This document shows, one piece after another, positions 1 to 9,777 of a stretch of DNA of 32,000 nt; within the stretch, counting starts at the first letter, position 1; the number at the start of each line of letters is the position of its first letter. The stretch is taken from contig NZ_CP030918.1 of assembly GCF_003324675.1 (NCBI RefSeq), forward strand, positions 990,001 to 1,022,000, given 5' to 3'. Under the pieces are notes generated by a model. That model was not told the DNA's origin. It searched no databases and saw nothing but the letters and a program-made list of their open reading frames with translations. The DNA comes from Paracoccus suum. GTDB taxonomy: Bacteria; Pseudomonadota; Alphaproteobacteria; Rhodobacterales; Rhodobacteraceae. The position numbers and the translations under genes are program-made.

Positions 1-294
1 GTAGAAGGCAAGGCCGGTCTCGCCGATCTTCAGCTTCATCTCGCGCTGCATCGGGCGGAAGGTCCAGCCGACGTCCTTGTCGATATTCGCATCGAAACGC
101 ACGGTGATGTACTGGTCCAGTACCTCGCCCGGCGCCGCGGTCGCGATATTCGTCGTGCCGGCATAGCCGGTGGTGCGGCAGAACCACGAATAGAACGGCA
201 CCGCGGCCCAAGCGCCAAGGCCCATGATCAGGACCACGCCCAGCAGCATCGAGACGAGGCGGCCGTTCGGGCCCATTTTTCGCCATGCCTTCAT
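1..294 (-). CDS. ctaG: cytochrome c oxidase assembly / copper-insertion protein CtaG (Cox11), first 98 codons; 3' end lies beyond the left window edge
   Basis: Own translation of the reverse strand from ATG at 294: MKAWRKMGPNGRLVSMLLGVVLIMGLGAWAAVPFYSWFCRTTGYAGTTNIATAAPGEVLDQYITVRFDANIDKDVGWTFRPMQREMKLKIGETGLAFY. This gives a TM anchor plus the Cox11 'VP(L/F)YxxFCxxTGYxGT' motif. It is absent from the ORF track because it is open at the edge. Position after ctaC-ctaB matches the Paracoccus cta operon. Confidence 0.85.
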   Translation of the reverse strand, partial: MKAWRKMGPNGRLVSMLLGVVLIMGLGAWAAVPFYSWFCRTTGYAGTTNIATAAPGEVLDQYITVRFDANIDKDVGWTFRPMQREMKLKIGETGLAFY

Positions 295-587
295 GGCGCG
301 CTCGCGGGGGTCGTTTGGGCGGGCGCTGCCGGGGTCGCGGTCGCAGCGGGATTGGCGATCGGCGTGCCGGCGCCCGGCTCCAGCTGGCGATCCATCTGGT
401 GATCCCAGGCCTTCATGTTGTCGCCGTTCTCGACCTTGGCGATGGTCAGGCCAAAGATCAGTCCGGCAAACAGCACCAGCACCGCAAGCAGTCCAAGATT
501 GCGCGATGCGCGCCGCCGGTGGATTTCGTGTTCGACATGCAGGGCCAACTTACCAGCCTCCCCAGAAGGCGATCCCGTGCAGCCCAT
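291..587 (-). CDS. small single-pass membrane protein between ctaB and ctaG (hypothetical); true start possibly TTG at 548
   Basis: The 98-aa ORF has one hydrophobic helix (NLGLLAVLVLFAGLIFGLTIA) and an Ala/Pro/Thr-rich tail. Its stop overlaps the ctaG ATG (ATGA). The ATG at 587 overlaps the ctaB end by 38 nt. An in-frame TTG at 548 follows GGGGAGG and lies just after the ctaB TAA. The P. denitrificans ctaC-to-ctaE interval is reported to hold three ORFs. Confidence 0.45.
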   Translation of the reverse strand: MGCTGSPSGEAGKLALHVEHEIHRRRASRNLGLLAVLVLFAGLIFGLTIAKVENGDNMKAWDHQMDRQLEPGAGTPIANPAATATPAAPAQTTPASAP

Positions 588-1500
588 GCTGGACCAGAAG
601 CGCCAGGAAATGACCGAACAGATAGGTCAGCGACAGCTTGAAAAAGCCTCGCTCGGCGGCAAAGCGATCGGCATCCGCCGCAGCCTCGTCGCGGTTCAGG
701 ATCTGCCAGCCGCCGCGCACGAAGAGGATGTTCAGGACGATGGCGACCGCCATGTAGAGCGGGCCTCCGACCGAGGTCAGGCCGAGGCCGAGCGCGGCCG
801 GCACGAGCAGCAGCGTGTAGGCAAAGATGTGGCGACGGGTCGTGCGGCGACCGTGGGTCACGGTCAGCATCGGCACGCCGGCATTGGAATAGTCATCGCG
901 CACGAAAAGGGCGAGCGCCCAGAAATGGGGCGGGGTCCACAGGAAGATCAGCGAGAACATCAGCAGCGGCTCGAGGCCGAGGCCCCCGGTCGCGCAGGCC
1001 CAGCCGATCATCGGGGGGAAGGCCCCGGCAGCGCCGCCGATGACGATGTTCTGCGGCGTCGAGCGCTTCAGCCACATCGTGTAGACGACGGCGTAAAAGA
1101 AGATGGTGAAGGCCAGGAATGCCGCCGCGAACCAGTTCGCCGCCAGTCCCAGCATCAGGACGGCAAGGCCGCCAAGGCCGATGCCCAGTGCCAGCGCCTC
1201 GCCGGCCGGGATCAGTCCCGACGGAACGGCGCGGCTCTTGGTCCGGCGCATGACCGCGTCGATGTCGCGATCATACCACATGTTCAGCGCGCCCGAGGCG
1301 CCCCCGCCCAGCGCGATGAACAGCACCGCGCAAAAGGCGACAAACGGGTTCATCCGGTCCGGCGCGACCCACAGGCCGACGAATGCCGTGAACACCACCA
1401 GGGACATGACTCGCGGCTTCAGCAGCGAGACATATTCCCCGAACCCGGCCTCGGCCGGTCCGGCGTGGTCGCCCTCGACGTATTCGCCGCCCTTGGACAT
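550..1500 (-). CDS. ctaB: protoheme IX farnesyltransferase (heme O synthase)
   Basis: 316-aa polytopic membrane protein with UbiA-family features (LLKPRVMSLVVFTAFVGL, NMWYDRDIDAVMRRT, LWTPPHFWALAL). Its ATG overlaps the ctaC stop by 1 nt (TGATG). Confidence 0.95.
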   Translation of the reverse strand: MSKGGEYVEGDHAGPAEAGFGEYVSLLKPRVMSLVVFTAFVGLWVAPDRMNPFVAFCAVLFIALGGGASGALNMWYDRDIDAVMRRTKSRAVPSGLIPAGEALALGIGLGGLAVLMLGLAANWFAAAFLAFTIFFYAVVYTMWLKRSTPQNIVIGGAAGAFPPMIGWACATGGLGLEPLLMFSLIFLWTPPHFWALALFVRDDYSNAGVPMLTVTHGRRTTRRHIFAYTLLLVPAALGLGLTSVGGPLYMAVAIVLNILFVRGGWQILNRDEAAADADRFAAERGFFKLSLTYLFGHFLALLVQHGLHGIAFWGGW

Positions 1501-2438
1501 CAGTCTGCCTTCGCCACGCGCAGTTCACCCGTCGGCGCTGGGTTGGTTTCCGGGGCAGAAGCTGCTGCGGTTTGCACGGTTGCCCGCGGCGCGTCGGCCG
1601 AAGCGAACTGTTGCTTGGCTTCCGTCATCCAGGCGGCATATTTCTCGGGCGAGACGGCTTTCACGACAATCGGCATATAGGCGTGGTTGATGCCGCACAG
1701 CTCGCTGCACTGGCCGAAATAGACGCCCTCGCGGTCGACGGTAAACCAAGCCTGCGCGATGCGGCCGGGGACAGCGTCCTGCTTGATCGCGAACGAGGGC
1801 ATGGCCCAGGAATGGATCACGTCGTTGGCGGTGTACTGCATCAGGACCTTCTTGCCGACCGGGACGACAACGGCGTTGTCGACGGCGAGCAGGTATTCGT
1901 CGGGCATGTAGCCGTTCGCTTCGAGGTCCTCTTTCGCCAGCATCAGGGAATCAAAGGTGACCTCGTCCTCCGGGTATTCGTAGGACCAGTACCACTGGTT
2001 GCCGATGGCCTTGATGACTACGTCCGGATCGGACGGCATTTCCTGGCTGCGGAACAGGATCGGCAGCGAGAAGATACCGATCACCAGCAGGATCAGCACC
2101 GGAACAAGGGTCCAGGCGATCTCCAGCGGGGTGTTGTGGGAAAAGCGCGCCGGGATCGGATTGACCCGCTGGTTGAAGCGGAAGATGCAGATCAGCAGCA
2201 GCGCGACCACAAAGATCACCACCGCGGTAATGATCAGCAGGACGAAATGGTCCAGCCAGATCTGATCATGCGCGATCGAGGTCACGCCCGGCTGAAATCC
2301 CATGCCTTTGGGCACCGGCTTGCCGATATGCGGCAGGTCCCCGAGGACCTCCTGCGCGTGGACCGCGCCGGCAGCAAACAGCATCGCCAGTCCTGTTCCA
2401 GCCGCAGTCATGCGGCGCGTCATCGCCATCAACATCAT
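1500..2438 (-). CDS. ctaC: cytochrome c oxidase (aa3) subunit II precursor
   Basis: Near-collinear with P. denitrificans COX II as I recall it ([39 protein letters not shown]). CuA site [13 protein letters not shown] is present. Start trimmed to MMLMAMTRR (ATG 2438), which is preceded by GGAAGG. The upstream 39 codons of the track ORF look like read-through. Confidence 0.95.
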   Translation of the reverse strand: MMLMAMTRRMTAAGTGLAMLFAAGAVHAQEVLGDLPHIGKPVPKGMGFQPGVTSIAHDQIWLDHFVLLIITAVVIFVVALLLICIFRFNQRVNPIPARFSHNTPLEIAWTLVPVLILLVIGIFSLPILFRSQEMPSDPDVVIKAIGNQWYWSYEYPEDEVTFDSLMLAKEDLEANGYMPDEYLLAVDNAVVVPVGKKVLMQYTANDVIHSWAMPSFAIKQDAVPGRIAQAWFTVDREGVYFGQCSELCGINHAYMPIVVKAVSPEKYAAWMTEAKQQFASADAPRATVQTAAASAPETNPAPTGELRVAKAD

Positions 2439-2602
2439 GGTCCTTCCGTATCCCTCGGCGCGCTTCCGCCACCGGCGCTGTTGACGCCGGCCTGCTCCCG
2501 TTGTGAAGGTTCTAAAGCCAGTGCCGCCGCGCAGCAAGTCGCGCAAACGCCGCACTTTGTCCGTTCATTTCCGCAAACCGGCCGCGCCCGGCCCGAGGTC
2601 TC

Positions 2603-4027
2603 ATGTCCGACACTCCCGCCTTTTCCCCTTTCGATGGCCTACTGGACCGGGACTGCGCGCTGGCGATTCTGCGCGGAGCCCTGCAGGGCGCCGACGACGG
2701 CGAGCTGTTCATCGAGCGTGCCCGGGCCGAGGCGCTGGTGCTGGATGACCGCCGGCTGCGCACCGCCAGCTACAACGCTTCGCAGGGTTTTGGCCTGCGG
2801 GGCGTCACCGGCGAGGTGACCGGCTACGGCCATTCGACCGAAATCAGCGAGGCCGCGCTGGTTGACGCCGCCGAAACGGTACGCCTCGCCGTGGGGGCGG
2901 GCGGCGGCACCTGGGCCGCGCCGCCCGCCGGCCCGGGCGCCCCGCTGTACGACCCGCTCGATCCCATCGGCGGGCGTCCGCTTGCAGAGCGAATCGACAC
3001 CCTGCGGCAAATCGACGCCTTCGCGCGCGATCTCGACCCGCGCGTGGTCCAGGTGTCGGCAACCATCGCCACCGCCCTGCAGGAGGTCGCCATCCTGCGG
3101 CCCGAGGGCGGCCTCGTGACCGACATCCGGCCGATGTCTCGGCTGAACATCTCGGTCATCGTCGAAGACAACACCCGCCGCGAAAGCGGGACCACCGGTG
3201 GCGGCGGCCGAATCGCTTTGCAGTCCCTGCTCGCGCCCGCTCACTGGCAAGGAATGGTGCGCGAGGCGCTGCGCATCGCCCAGGTCAACCTGCGCGCAGT
3301 CGCCGCCCCCGCCGGGGTGATGGACGTCGCCCTCGCCCCCGGTTGGCCGGGCATCCTGCTGCATGAGGCAGTCGGCCACGGGCTGGAGGGGGATTTCAAC
3401 CGCAAGGGCCATTCGGCCTTTGCCGGCCTTATCGGCCAGCGCGTCGCTGCTCCCGGCGTCACCGTGATCGACGACGGCACCATCCGCGACCGGCGCGGCT
3501 CGATCACCGTGGATGACGAAGGCACCCCGCCCTCCCGCAACGTGCTGATCGAGGACGGGGTGCTGGTCGGCTACATGCAGGACCGCCAGTCCGCCCGGCT
3601 GATGGGCGTCGCGCCGACCGGCAACGGCCGCCGTGAAAGCTTTGCCCATCCGCCCATGGCGCGCATGACCAACACCTACATGCTGGCCGGCAAGGCCGAC
3701 CCGGCCGAGGTTCTGGCCGGCCTCGACGACGGCATTTATGCGGTCGGCTTCGGCGGCGGCCAGGTCGACATCACCAATGGCAAGTTCGTCTTTTCCTGCA
3801 CCGAGGCCTACCGCGTCCGGGGTGGCGTCGTCGGCGAGCCGATTCGGGGCGCTACGCTGATCGGCGACGGCGCAACCGCGCTGAAGCATGTAAAAGCGAT
3901 CGGCAATGACCTGGCGCTGGACCCCGGCCTTGGCAATTGCGGCAAGCAGGGGCAGTGGGTTCCGGTCGGCGTCGGCTTGCCGACGCTGCTGATCGGCGGG
4001 CTGACGGTCGGCGGCTCGGCCACCTGA
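2603..4027 (+). CDS. tldD: metalloprotease TldD
   Basis: 474 aa with the HEAVGHGLEGD zinc motif and a TldD/PmbA-type C-terminus (GKFVFSCTEAY, GNCGKQGQWVPVGVGLPTLLI). Confidence 0.95.
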   Translation: MSDTPAFSPFDGLLDRDCALAILRGALQGADDGELFIERARAEALVLDDRRLRTASYNASQGFGLRGVTGEVTGYGHSTEISEAALVDAAETVRLAVGAGGGTWAAPPAGPGAPLYDPLDPIGGRPLAERIDTLRQIDAFARDLDPRVVQVSATIATALQEVAILRPEGGLVTDIRPMSRLNISVIVEDNTRRESGTTGGGGRIALQSLLAPAHWQGMVREALRIAQVNLRAVAAPAGVMDVALAPGWPGILLHEAVGHGLEGDFNRKGHSAFAGLIGQRVAAPGVTVIDDGTIRDRRGSITVDDEGTPPSRNVLIEDGVLVGYMQDRQSARLMGVAPTGNGRRESFAHPPMARMTNTYMLAGKADPAEVLAGLDDGIYAVGFGGGQVDITNGKFVFSCTEAYRVRGGVVGEPIRGATLIGDGATALKHVKAIGNDLALDPGLGNCGKQGQWVPVGVGLPTLLIGGLTVGGSAT

Positions 4028-4067
4028 GGCTAACCCTTTCTTAATCATTTGCCGCCAAGCTGGACCC

Positions 4068-5300
4068 GTGGACGAGGCGAGGCGACCGGCGATGCGACTC
4101 TTTTCCTTTGGCACCTCCGCGACCCGCACCGATGCGGCCGACGATCTGACGTTCCTGCGCCTCGTCCGCTCGCGCCGGGTCGGGGCGGCGACCTTTCACC
4201 GGCTTCTGGCCGAGCATGGCTCGGCCGCGGCGGCGCTGGCGGCGCTGCCCGAGATCGCCCGTGCCGCCGGGGTCAGCGATTACCAGACCTGCCCCGAAGG
4301 GGTGGCCGCGGCCGAGTTGGCGGCGGGTCGGCAGGCGGGGGCGGTCCTTCTGCGCCATGACGATCCCGCTTATCCGGCGGTGCTGCGCGATCTGGAAGAC
4401 GCCCCGCCCGTGTTGTGGGTCAAGGGCGGCCTAGATTGCCTGTCGCGGCCGGCCATTGCGGTGATCGGCGCGCGTAACGCCTCATCGCTTGGGCTGCGGA
4501 TGGCACATGGCATGGCGCTGGCGCTAGCCCATGCAGGCGTCAGTGTCACCGCCGGGCTGGCGCGCGGCATCGACACCGCCGCACATGAGGCAAGCTGCGC
4601 CGCCGGCACTATCGCCGTTCTTGCCGGCGGCATCAGCCGAATCTACCCGTCCGAGAATGCCGCGTTGGCCGAGGCGATCGTTGCTGCCGGCGGTGCGCTG
4701 ATCTCCGAGCAATCGCCTCTGACCGAGCCTGCTGCGCGGCTGTTTCCGCTGCGAAACCGCATCGTGTCGGGGCTTGCCCGCGCCGTGGTGGTGGTCGAGG
4801 CGGCGCATCGCTCCGGCACGCTGATCACCGCGAAATGCGCGCTCGACCAGGGGCGCGAGGTGATGGCGGTGCCGGGACATCCGATGGACGCGCGCGCCGC
4901 CGGCTGCAACGCGCTGATCCGCGATGGCGCCCTGCTGGTGCGCAGTGCCGAGGACGTGCTGACCGCCATCGGCCTGACCCCGGTCGAGGTGTCTGCGCAG
5001 TTGCCGATGGCGCCGGCCCCCGCCGACCGCCGCACCAGCCTGCAACGTGTCGCCGAAACCCTGCGGCGTCCCGCGGCGCGCCCGGCCGCGCCTGTGGCAA
5101 TCCCCAGCCGTGCAGACGCCGGCGGTCCCGTCGCCATCGAGGCGCGGGTGCTGTCGCTGCTCGGCCGCGCCCCGACCGAGGAGACGATGTTGCTGCGCGA
5201 TCTGGGGCTTGCCGCGGGCGCACTGGCTCCGGCGCTGCTGAACCTCGAGATGGATGGCCGCATCCAGCGCGCACCGGGCGGGATGATTTCGCTCGCCTAG
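4068..5300 (+). CDS. dprA: DNA-processing protein DprA (Smf)
   Basis: Rossmann-like DprA core (AVIGARNASSLG, GLARGIDTAAH, GGISRIYPSENAAL, ISEQSPLTEPAARLFPLRNRIVSGL, VVEAAHRSGTLITA). Sits immediately upstream of topA, the common smf-topA arrangement. GTG at 4068; the ATG at 4092 is an alternative start. Confidence 0.85.
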   Translation: MDEARRPAMRLFSFGTSATRTDAADDLTFLRLVRSRRVGAATFHRLLAEHGSAAAALAALPEIARAAGVSDYQTCPEGVAAAELAAGRQAGAVLLRHDDPAYPAVLRDLEDAPPVLWVKGGLDCLSRPAIAVIGARNASSLGLRMAHGMALALAHAGVSVTAGLARGIDTAAHEASCAAGTIAVLAGGISRIYPSENAALAEAIVAAGGALISEQSPLTEPAARLFPLRNRIVSGLARAVVVVEAAHRSGTLITAKCALDQGREVMAVPGHPMDARAAGCNALIRDGALLVRSAEDVLTAIGLTPVEVSAQLPMAPAPADRRTSLQRVAETLRRPAARPAAPVAIPSRADAGGPVAIEARVLSLLGRAPTEETMLLRDLGLAAGALAPALLNLEMDGRIQRAPGGMISLA

Positions 5301-5448
5301 GGCCGGGCGGCAGGGGCGTTCCGCCGCTGCCGGGGCCCAGCGCGACATATGTTGCTGCACCTGTTGGCCAGCGCTGCTCCGCCGCAGGTTGACACCCCTG
5401 CGGCACCTCCCCATGTTCCGCCGCTATCGCAGCACCCAAGGGGCCCTC

Positions 5449-8118
5449 ATGCCGGTCGTCGTCGTTGAATCGCCCGCCAAGGCGAAGACCATCAACCAAT
5501 ACCTGGGCAGCGATTACACCGTTCTCGCCAGTTTCGGGCACGTCCGGGATCTGCCGGCCAAGAATGGATCGGTCGATCCCGACGCCGATTTCGCCATGAC
5601 CTGGGAGGTGGCGGCCGACAGCAAGAAGCACCTGCGTGCCATCAAGGATGCGTTGAAGGACGATCCCGACCTGATCCTCGCCACTGACCCTGACCGCGAG
5701 GGCGAGGCGATCAGTTGGCACCTGCTGGAGGCGCTGGCGCCGAAAAAGGGCACGCCGGTCAGCCGCGTCACCTTCAACGCGATCACGAAATCCGCGGTGA
5801 CCGAGGCGATCAGCAACCCGCGCCAGATCGATCAGGACCTGGTCGACGCCTACCTCGCCCGCCGGGCCCTGGACTATCTGGTCGGCTTCAACCTGTCGCC
5901 GGTGCTGTGGCGCAAGCTGCCCGGCGCGAAATCCGCTGGACGCGTGCAGTCTGTCGCCCTGCGGATCATCGTCGACCGCGAGATGGAGATCGAGGCGTTC
6001 CGGGCCCGCGAATACTGGTCCGTCCACGCCCGCCTCGCCACGCCCACCGGTGCCGAATACGACGCTCAGCTGGTCAGCTATGCCGGCGACAAGCTGGACC
6101 GCTTCGACCTCGCCACGGCCGAGGCAGCAAAGCTGGCGGTCACGGCAGTGGACAGTCGCGATCTGACCGTCACCTCGGTCACCGCCAAGCCCGCGAGCCG
6201 CAATCCGTGGCCGCCGTTCATGACTTCGACCCTGCAGCAGGAGGCATCGCGCAAGCTTGGCCTCGGCGCGCGGGCCTGCATGTCGGCCGCCCAACGCCTC
6301 TACGAGGCGGGCCTGATCACCTACATGCGGACCGATGGCATCGACATGGCGCCCGAGGCGGTGATGGCGGCGCGCGACGCGATCAAAGGCCGCTTTGGTG
6401 CCGATTACGTCCCGAAAAGCCCGCGGATGTACAAGAACAAGGCCAAGAACGCACAGGAAGCGCATGAATGCATCCGGCCGACCGACATGACGCTGGCCGA
6501 TCCGCGCATCGCCGACAGCGACCAGCGCCGCCTTTATGATCTGATCTGGAAACGTACGCTCGCCAGCCAGATGGAGAGCGCGCGGCTGGAGCGCACGACG
6601 GTCGAGATAGCCAGCAGCGATGGCCAGGTCGGCCTGCGGGCGACCGGCCAGGTCGTGCAATTCGATGGCTTCCTGCGCATCTACGATCAGGGCCGCGACG
6701 ACGCCCCGCGCGGCGAGGATGACGACGACAGCGCCCGCCTGCCCAAGATCACGCAGGGCGAGGTCGCGCGAAAGGTCGCCGGCGCCTTTGCATCCGAGGT
6801 GGCCGAGGCAGACAAGGGCGCCGTCGCCGGCGCGGACGCCGCGGTCCTCGGGCGGCAGCATTTTACCCAGCCGCCGCCACGCTACACCGAGGCGACGCTG
6901 GTCAAGCGCATGGAAGAGCTGGGCATCGGCCGACCCTCGACCTATGCCAGTATCGTCACCACGATCCAGGACCGCGATTACGTTCGCAAGGACGGCCAGC
7001 GCCTGATCCCCGAGGACAAGGGCCGCCTCGTCACGACCTTCCTGGCGCGCTATTTCCCGCGCTACGTCAGCTATGATTTTACCGCCGATCTGGAAACCGA
7101 ACTGGACGATATCTCGGCCGGCGGCCGCGCCTATCGCGAAGTCCTGGCCCGTTTCTGGCGCGACTTCACGGCGGCGCTCGCCGGGACGTCCGAGCTGCGG
7201 ATCACCGAAGTGCTTGAGGCCATCGACGAGGCCTTGTCGCCGCACCTCTATCCGCCGCGCGCGGACGGCGGCGATCCGCGGCAATGCCCCCTGTGCGGTG
7301 TCGGCCGGCTGAACCTCAAGACCGCGCGATCCGGCGGAGCGTTCATCGGCTGCACCAACTATCCCGAATGCCGCTTTACCCGGCCGCTGTCGGCACCCGG
7401 GGACGGTGAGGCAGCGCAGGGCGACCGGGTGCTGGGAAGCGATGCCGACGGGCTGCAGATCAGTCTGCGCAACGGCCGCTTTGGCTGGTATGTCCAACGC
7501 GGCGAGGCCAGTGCCGAGGTCCCCAAGCCGCCCCGCGCCTCGGTCCCCAAGGGCTGGAGCATCGAGGCCATGGACCTTGAGCGCGGCATGCAATTGCTGG
7601 CCCTGCCGCGCACCATCGGCACCCATCCCGAAGACGGCGCCCCGGTCGAGGCCGGCCTTGGCCGCTATGGCCCCTACGTCAAGCACGGCACGCGCTACGT
7701 GAACCTGCCCGACGTCGAGGAGGTCTTTACCATCGGCATGAACCGCGCCGTGGAAGTGCTGGCCTCCAAGCCGATGCGCGGCGGGAGGGTGGCGGCGGCG
7801 CCGCTGGCCGAACTGGGCGAGCACCCTTCGGGTGGGCCGATCCAGGTGCTGTCGGGACGGTTTGGGCCGTATGTGAAATGGGGCAAGGTCAACGCCACCC
7901 TGCCGCGGGATCTCGCGCCCGAGGAAATGACCATGGAGCGCGCGCTGGAGTTGATCGAGGCCAAGGCGGGAAAGACTGGCGCCAAGAAAAAGGCCCCGGC
8001 AAAGGCGAAGGCGGCGGCGAAACCCAAGGCCGCGGCGAAGCCGAAGGCAAAGCCGGCTGGAACTGCGAAAGCCAAGGCGGCCAAAGCCACGCCAGATGAC
8101 GAGGGCGGCGAGGGCTGA
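5449..8118 (+). CDS. topA: DNA topoisomerase I
   Basis: Canonical N-terminus MPVVVVESPAKAKTINQYLG (ATG 5449). TOPRIM ATDPDREGEAISWH, active-site region YMRTDG, one Cys4 ribbon (CPLCG...CTNYPEC), and a Lys/Ala/Pro-rich C-terminal tail. Confidence 0.95.
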   Translation: MPVVVVESPAKAKTINQYLGSDYTVLASFGHVRDLPAKNGSVDPDADFAMTWEVAADSKKHLRAIKDALKDDPDLILATDPDREGEAISWHLLEALAPKKGTPVSRVTFNAITKSAVTEAISNPRQIDQDLVDAYLARRALDYLVGFNLSPVLWRKLPGAKSAGRVQSVALRIIVDREMEIEAFRAREYWSVHARLATPTGAEYDAQLVSYAGDKLDRFDLATAEAAKLAVTAVDSRDLTVTSVTAKPASRNPWPPFMTSTLQQEASRKLGLGARACMSAAQRLYEAGLITYMRTDGIDMAPEAVMAARDAIKGRFGADYVPKSPRMYKNKAKNAQEAHECIRPTDMTLADPRIADSDQRRLYDLIWKRTLASQMESARLERTTVEIASSDGQVGLRATGQVVQFDGFLRIYDQGRDDAPRGEDDDDSARLPKITQGEVARKVAGAFASEVAEADKGAVAGADAAVLGRQHFTQPPPRYTEATLVKRMEELGIGRPSTYASIVTTIQDRDYVRKDGQRLIPEDKGRLVTTFLARYFPRYVSYDFTADLETELDDISAGGRAYREVLARFWRDFTAALAGTSELRITEVLEAIDEALSPHLYPPRADGGDPRQCPLCGVGRLNLKTARSGGAFIGCTNYPECRFTRPLSAPGDGEAAQGDRVLGSDADGLQISLRNGRFGWYVQRGEASAEVPKPPRASVPKGWSIEAMDLERGMQLLALPRTIGTHPEDGAPVEAGLGRYGPYVKHGTRYVNLPDVEEVFTIGMNRAVEVLASKPMRGGRVAAAPLAELGEHPSGGPIQVLSGRFGPYVKWGKVNATLPRDLAPEEMTMERALELIEAKAGKTGAKKKAPAKAKAAAKPKAAAKPKAKPAGTAKAKAAKATPDDEGGEG

Positions 8119-8246
8119 GCGCCGCTCTCCCGCAATGGTTGGCCGAGCGTGGCGATGGCCTTGCTGGCATCCTGCTCGGGCATTCCCGCCTGATTGACAA
8201 TGCCCGGCCCCTCCGACCAGATAAGGCAGGTTGAGGGGCTGAATTC

Positions 8247-8942
8247 ATGACAAAACGGTATGACACCGCGGACGCCGCGCTGGACGGGCTGCTGTCGGAC
8301 GGCATGTCCATCGCCGCTGGCGGCTTTGGCCTGTGCGGTATCCCCGAACTGCTGATCGCTGCCATCCACAAGGCAGGCACGCGCGAGCTGACCATTGCCA
8401 GCAACAACTGCGGCGTTGACGGATTTGGCCTCGGGATACTGCTCGACGCGCGGCAGATCCGGAAGATGATCTCGTCCTATGTCGGCGAGAACGCAGAGTT
8501 CATGCGCCAATACCTGTCGGGCGAGCTTGAGCTTGAATTCAACCCCCAAGGCACACTGGCAGAGCGCATGCGCGCCGGTGGCGCCGGTATTCCCGGCTTT
8601 TATACCCGCACCGGCGTTGGCACCGTGATCGCCGAGGGTAAGGAGCTGAAGGAGTTCGACGGCGAGACTTATCTGCTCGAGCGCGGGCTCGTCATGGACC
8701 TTGCCATCGTCAAGGCGTGGAAGGCTGACGAAAGCGGCAACCTCGTGTTCCGCAAGACGGCCCGCAACTTCAACGTTCCGGCGGCGACCTGCGGCCGTGT
8801 CTGCGTCGCCGAGGTCGAGGAAATCGTGCCGGCCGGTAGCCTCGATCCCGATTGCATCCACCTGCCGGGCATCTACGTCCATCGCATCGTGCAGGGCCCG
8901 CATGAAAAGCGCATTGAGCAGCGCACCGTGAGCAAGGGTTAA
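8247..8942 (+). CDS. scoA: 3-oxoacid (succinyl-CoA:3-ketoacid) CoA-transferase subunit A
   Basis: 231 aa, CoA-transferase family I alpha subunit (GGFGLCGIPELL, SNNCGVDGFGLG, SYVGENAEF). GAGGGG RBS upstream. Confidence 0.9.
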   Translation: MTKRYDTADAALDGLLSDGMSIAAGGFGLCGIPELLIAAIHKAGTRELTIASNNCGVDGFGLGILLDARQIRKMISSYVGENAEFMRQYLSGELELEFNPQGTLAERMRAGGAGIPGFYTRTGVGTVIAEGKELKEFDGETYLLERGLVMDLAIVKAWKADESGNLVFRKTARNFNVPAATCGRVCVAEVEEIVPAGSLDPDCIHLPGIYVHRIVQGPHEKRIEQRTVSKG

Positions 8943-8945
8943 GCC

Positions 8946-9593
8946 ATGAGCGACGTCACCACGAAGGGTTGGGACCGCAACCAGATGGCCGCCCGCGCGG
9001 CGCGCGAGTTGCAGGACGGGATGTATGTGAACCTCGGGATCGGCATCCCGACGCTGGTCGCCAACTACATCCCCGAAGGCATGACCGTTACGTTGCAATC
9101 GGAGAACGGGATGCTGGGCATCGGCCCCTTTCCGACCGAGGACAAGGTCGACGCGGACCTGATCAACGCCGGCAAGCAGACGATCACCGAACTGCCGCAC
9201 AGCGCCTTTTTCGACAGCGCCACCAGCTTCGCCATGATTCGAGGCGGCAAAATCGCCATGGCCATCCTCGGCGCCATGGAGGTCGCCGAGAATGGCGATC
9301 TGGCGAACTGGATGATCCCGGGCAAGCTGGTCAAGGGCATGGGCGGGGCGATGGACCTGGTCGCGGGGGTCAAGCGGGTGGTCGTGGTCATGGATCACAC
9401 CAACAAGCATGGCGAAAGCAAGGTCCTGCACGAATGCACCCTGCCGCTGACCGGCAAGGGTGTTGTCGACCGGATCATCACCAATCTCGGCGTCCTCGAT
9501 GTCGTCCCGGGCGGGTTGAAGATCATCGAGACCGCTGATGGCGTAAGCGAGGATGAGTTGCGCGGTGCAACCGTGGCGACCATCGTCGACTGA
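8946..9593 (+). CDS. scoB: 3-oxoacid CoA-transferase subunit B
   Basis: 215 aa. Starts 3 nt after the scoA stop. Beta-subunit signature with catalytic Glu context ([19 protein letters not shown]). Confidence 0.9.
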   Translation: MSDVTTKGWDRNQMAARAARELQDGMYVNLGIGIPTLVANYIPEGMTVTLQSENGMLGIGPFPTEDKVDADLINAGKQTITELPHSAFFDSATSFAMIRGGKIAMAILGAMEVAENGDLANWMIPGKLVKGMGGAMDLVAGVKRVVVVMDHTNKHGESKVLHECTLPLTGKGVVDRIITNLGVLDVVPGGLKIIETADGVSEDELRGATVATIVD

Positions 9594-9777
9594 GGTGGAT
9601 GGATCGGCGCGGGCGCGACCGTCCGAGAGTTTTGATCCGGCGCAGGAAAACTGTCCTAGCGAGTTGGATGGCGTTTGCGGCTGCGGAGCTGCTGTTCCCA
9701 GCGTCGATCAACTGCACGATCATCCGCGCCGGATCCCGAGCCAACGGCGCCAGCAGCGTGCGCCCGCACTTCCCGAA

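Noticed and set aside
415-4129. Long ORFs 415-1680 (+), 1572-2819 (+) and 2639-4129 (-) overlapping ctaB, ctaC and tldD
   Set aside because: They are antisense to well-supported ctaB, ctaC and tldD and have no motifs.
4825-7824. 999-aa ORF on the minus strand, the longest in the track
   Set aside because: It is antisense to an unmistakable topA (TOPRIM, active-site and Zn-ribbon motifs). The product is Arg/Gly/Ala/Pro low-complexity with no recognisable motifs. This is the typical stop-codon-poor antisense frame of a high-GC genome.
8194-8225. TTGACA hexamer upstream of scoA as a -35 box
   Set aside because: No acceptable -10 lies at 16-18 bp spacing (CCAGAT or CAGATA only), which is too weak to report as a promoter.
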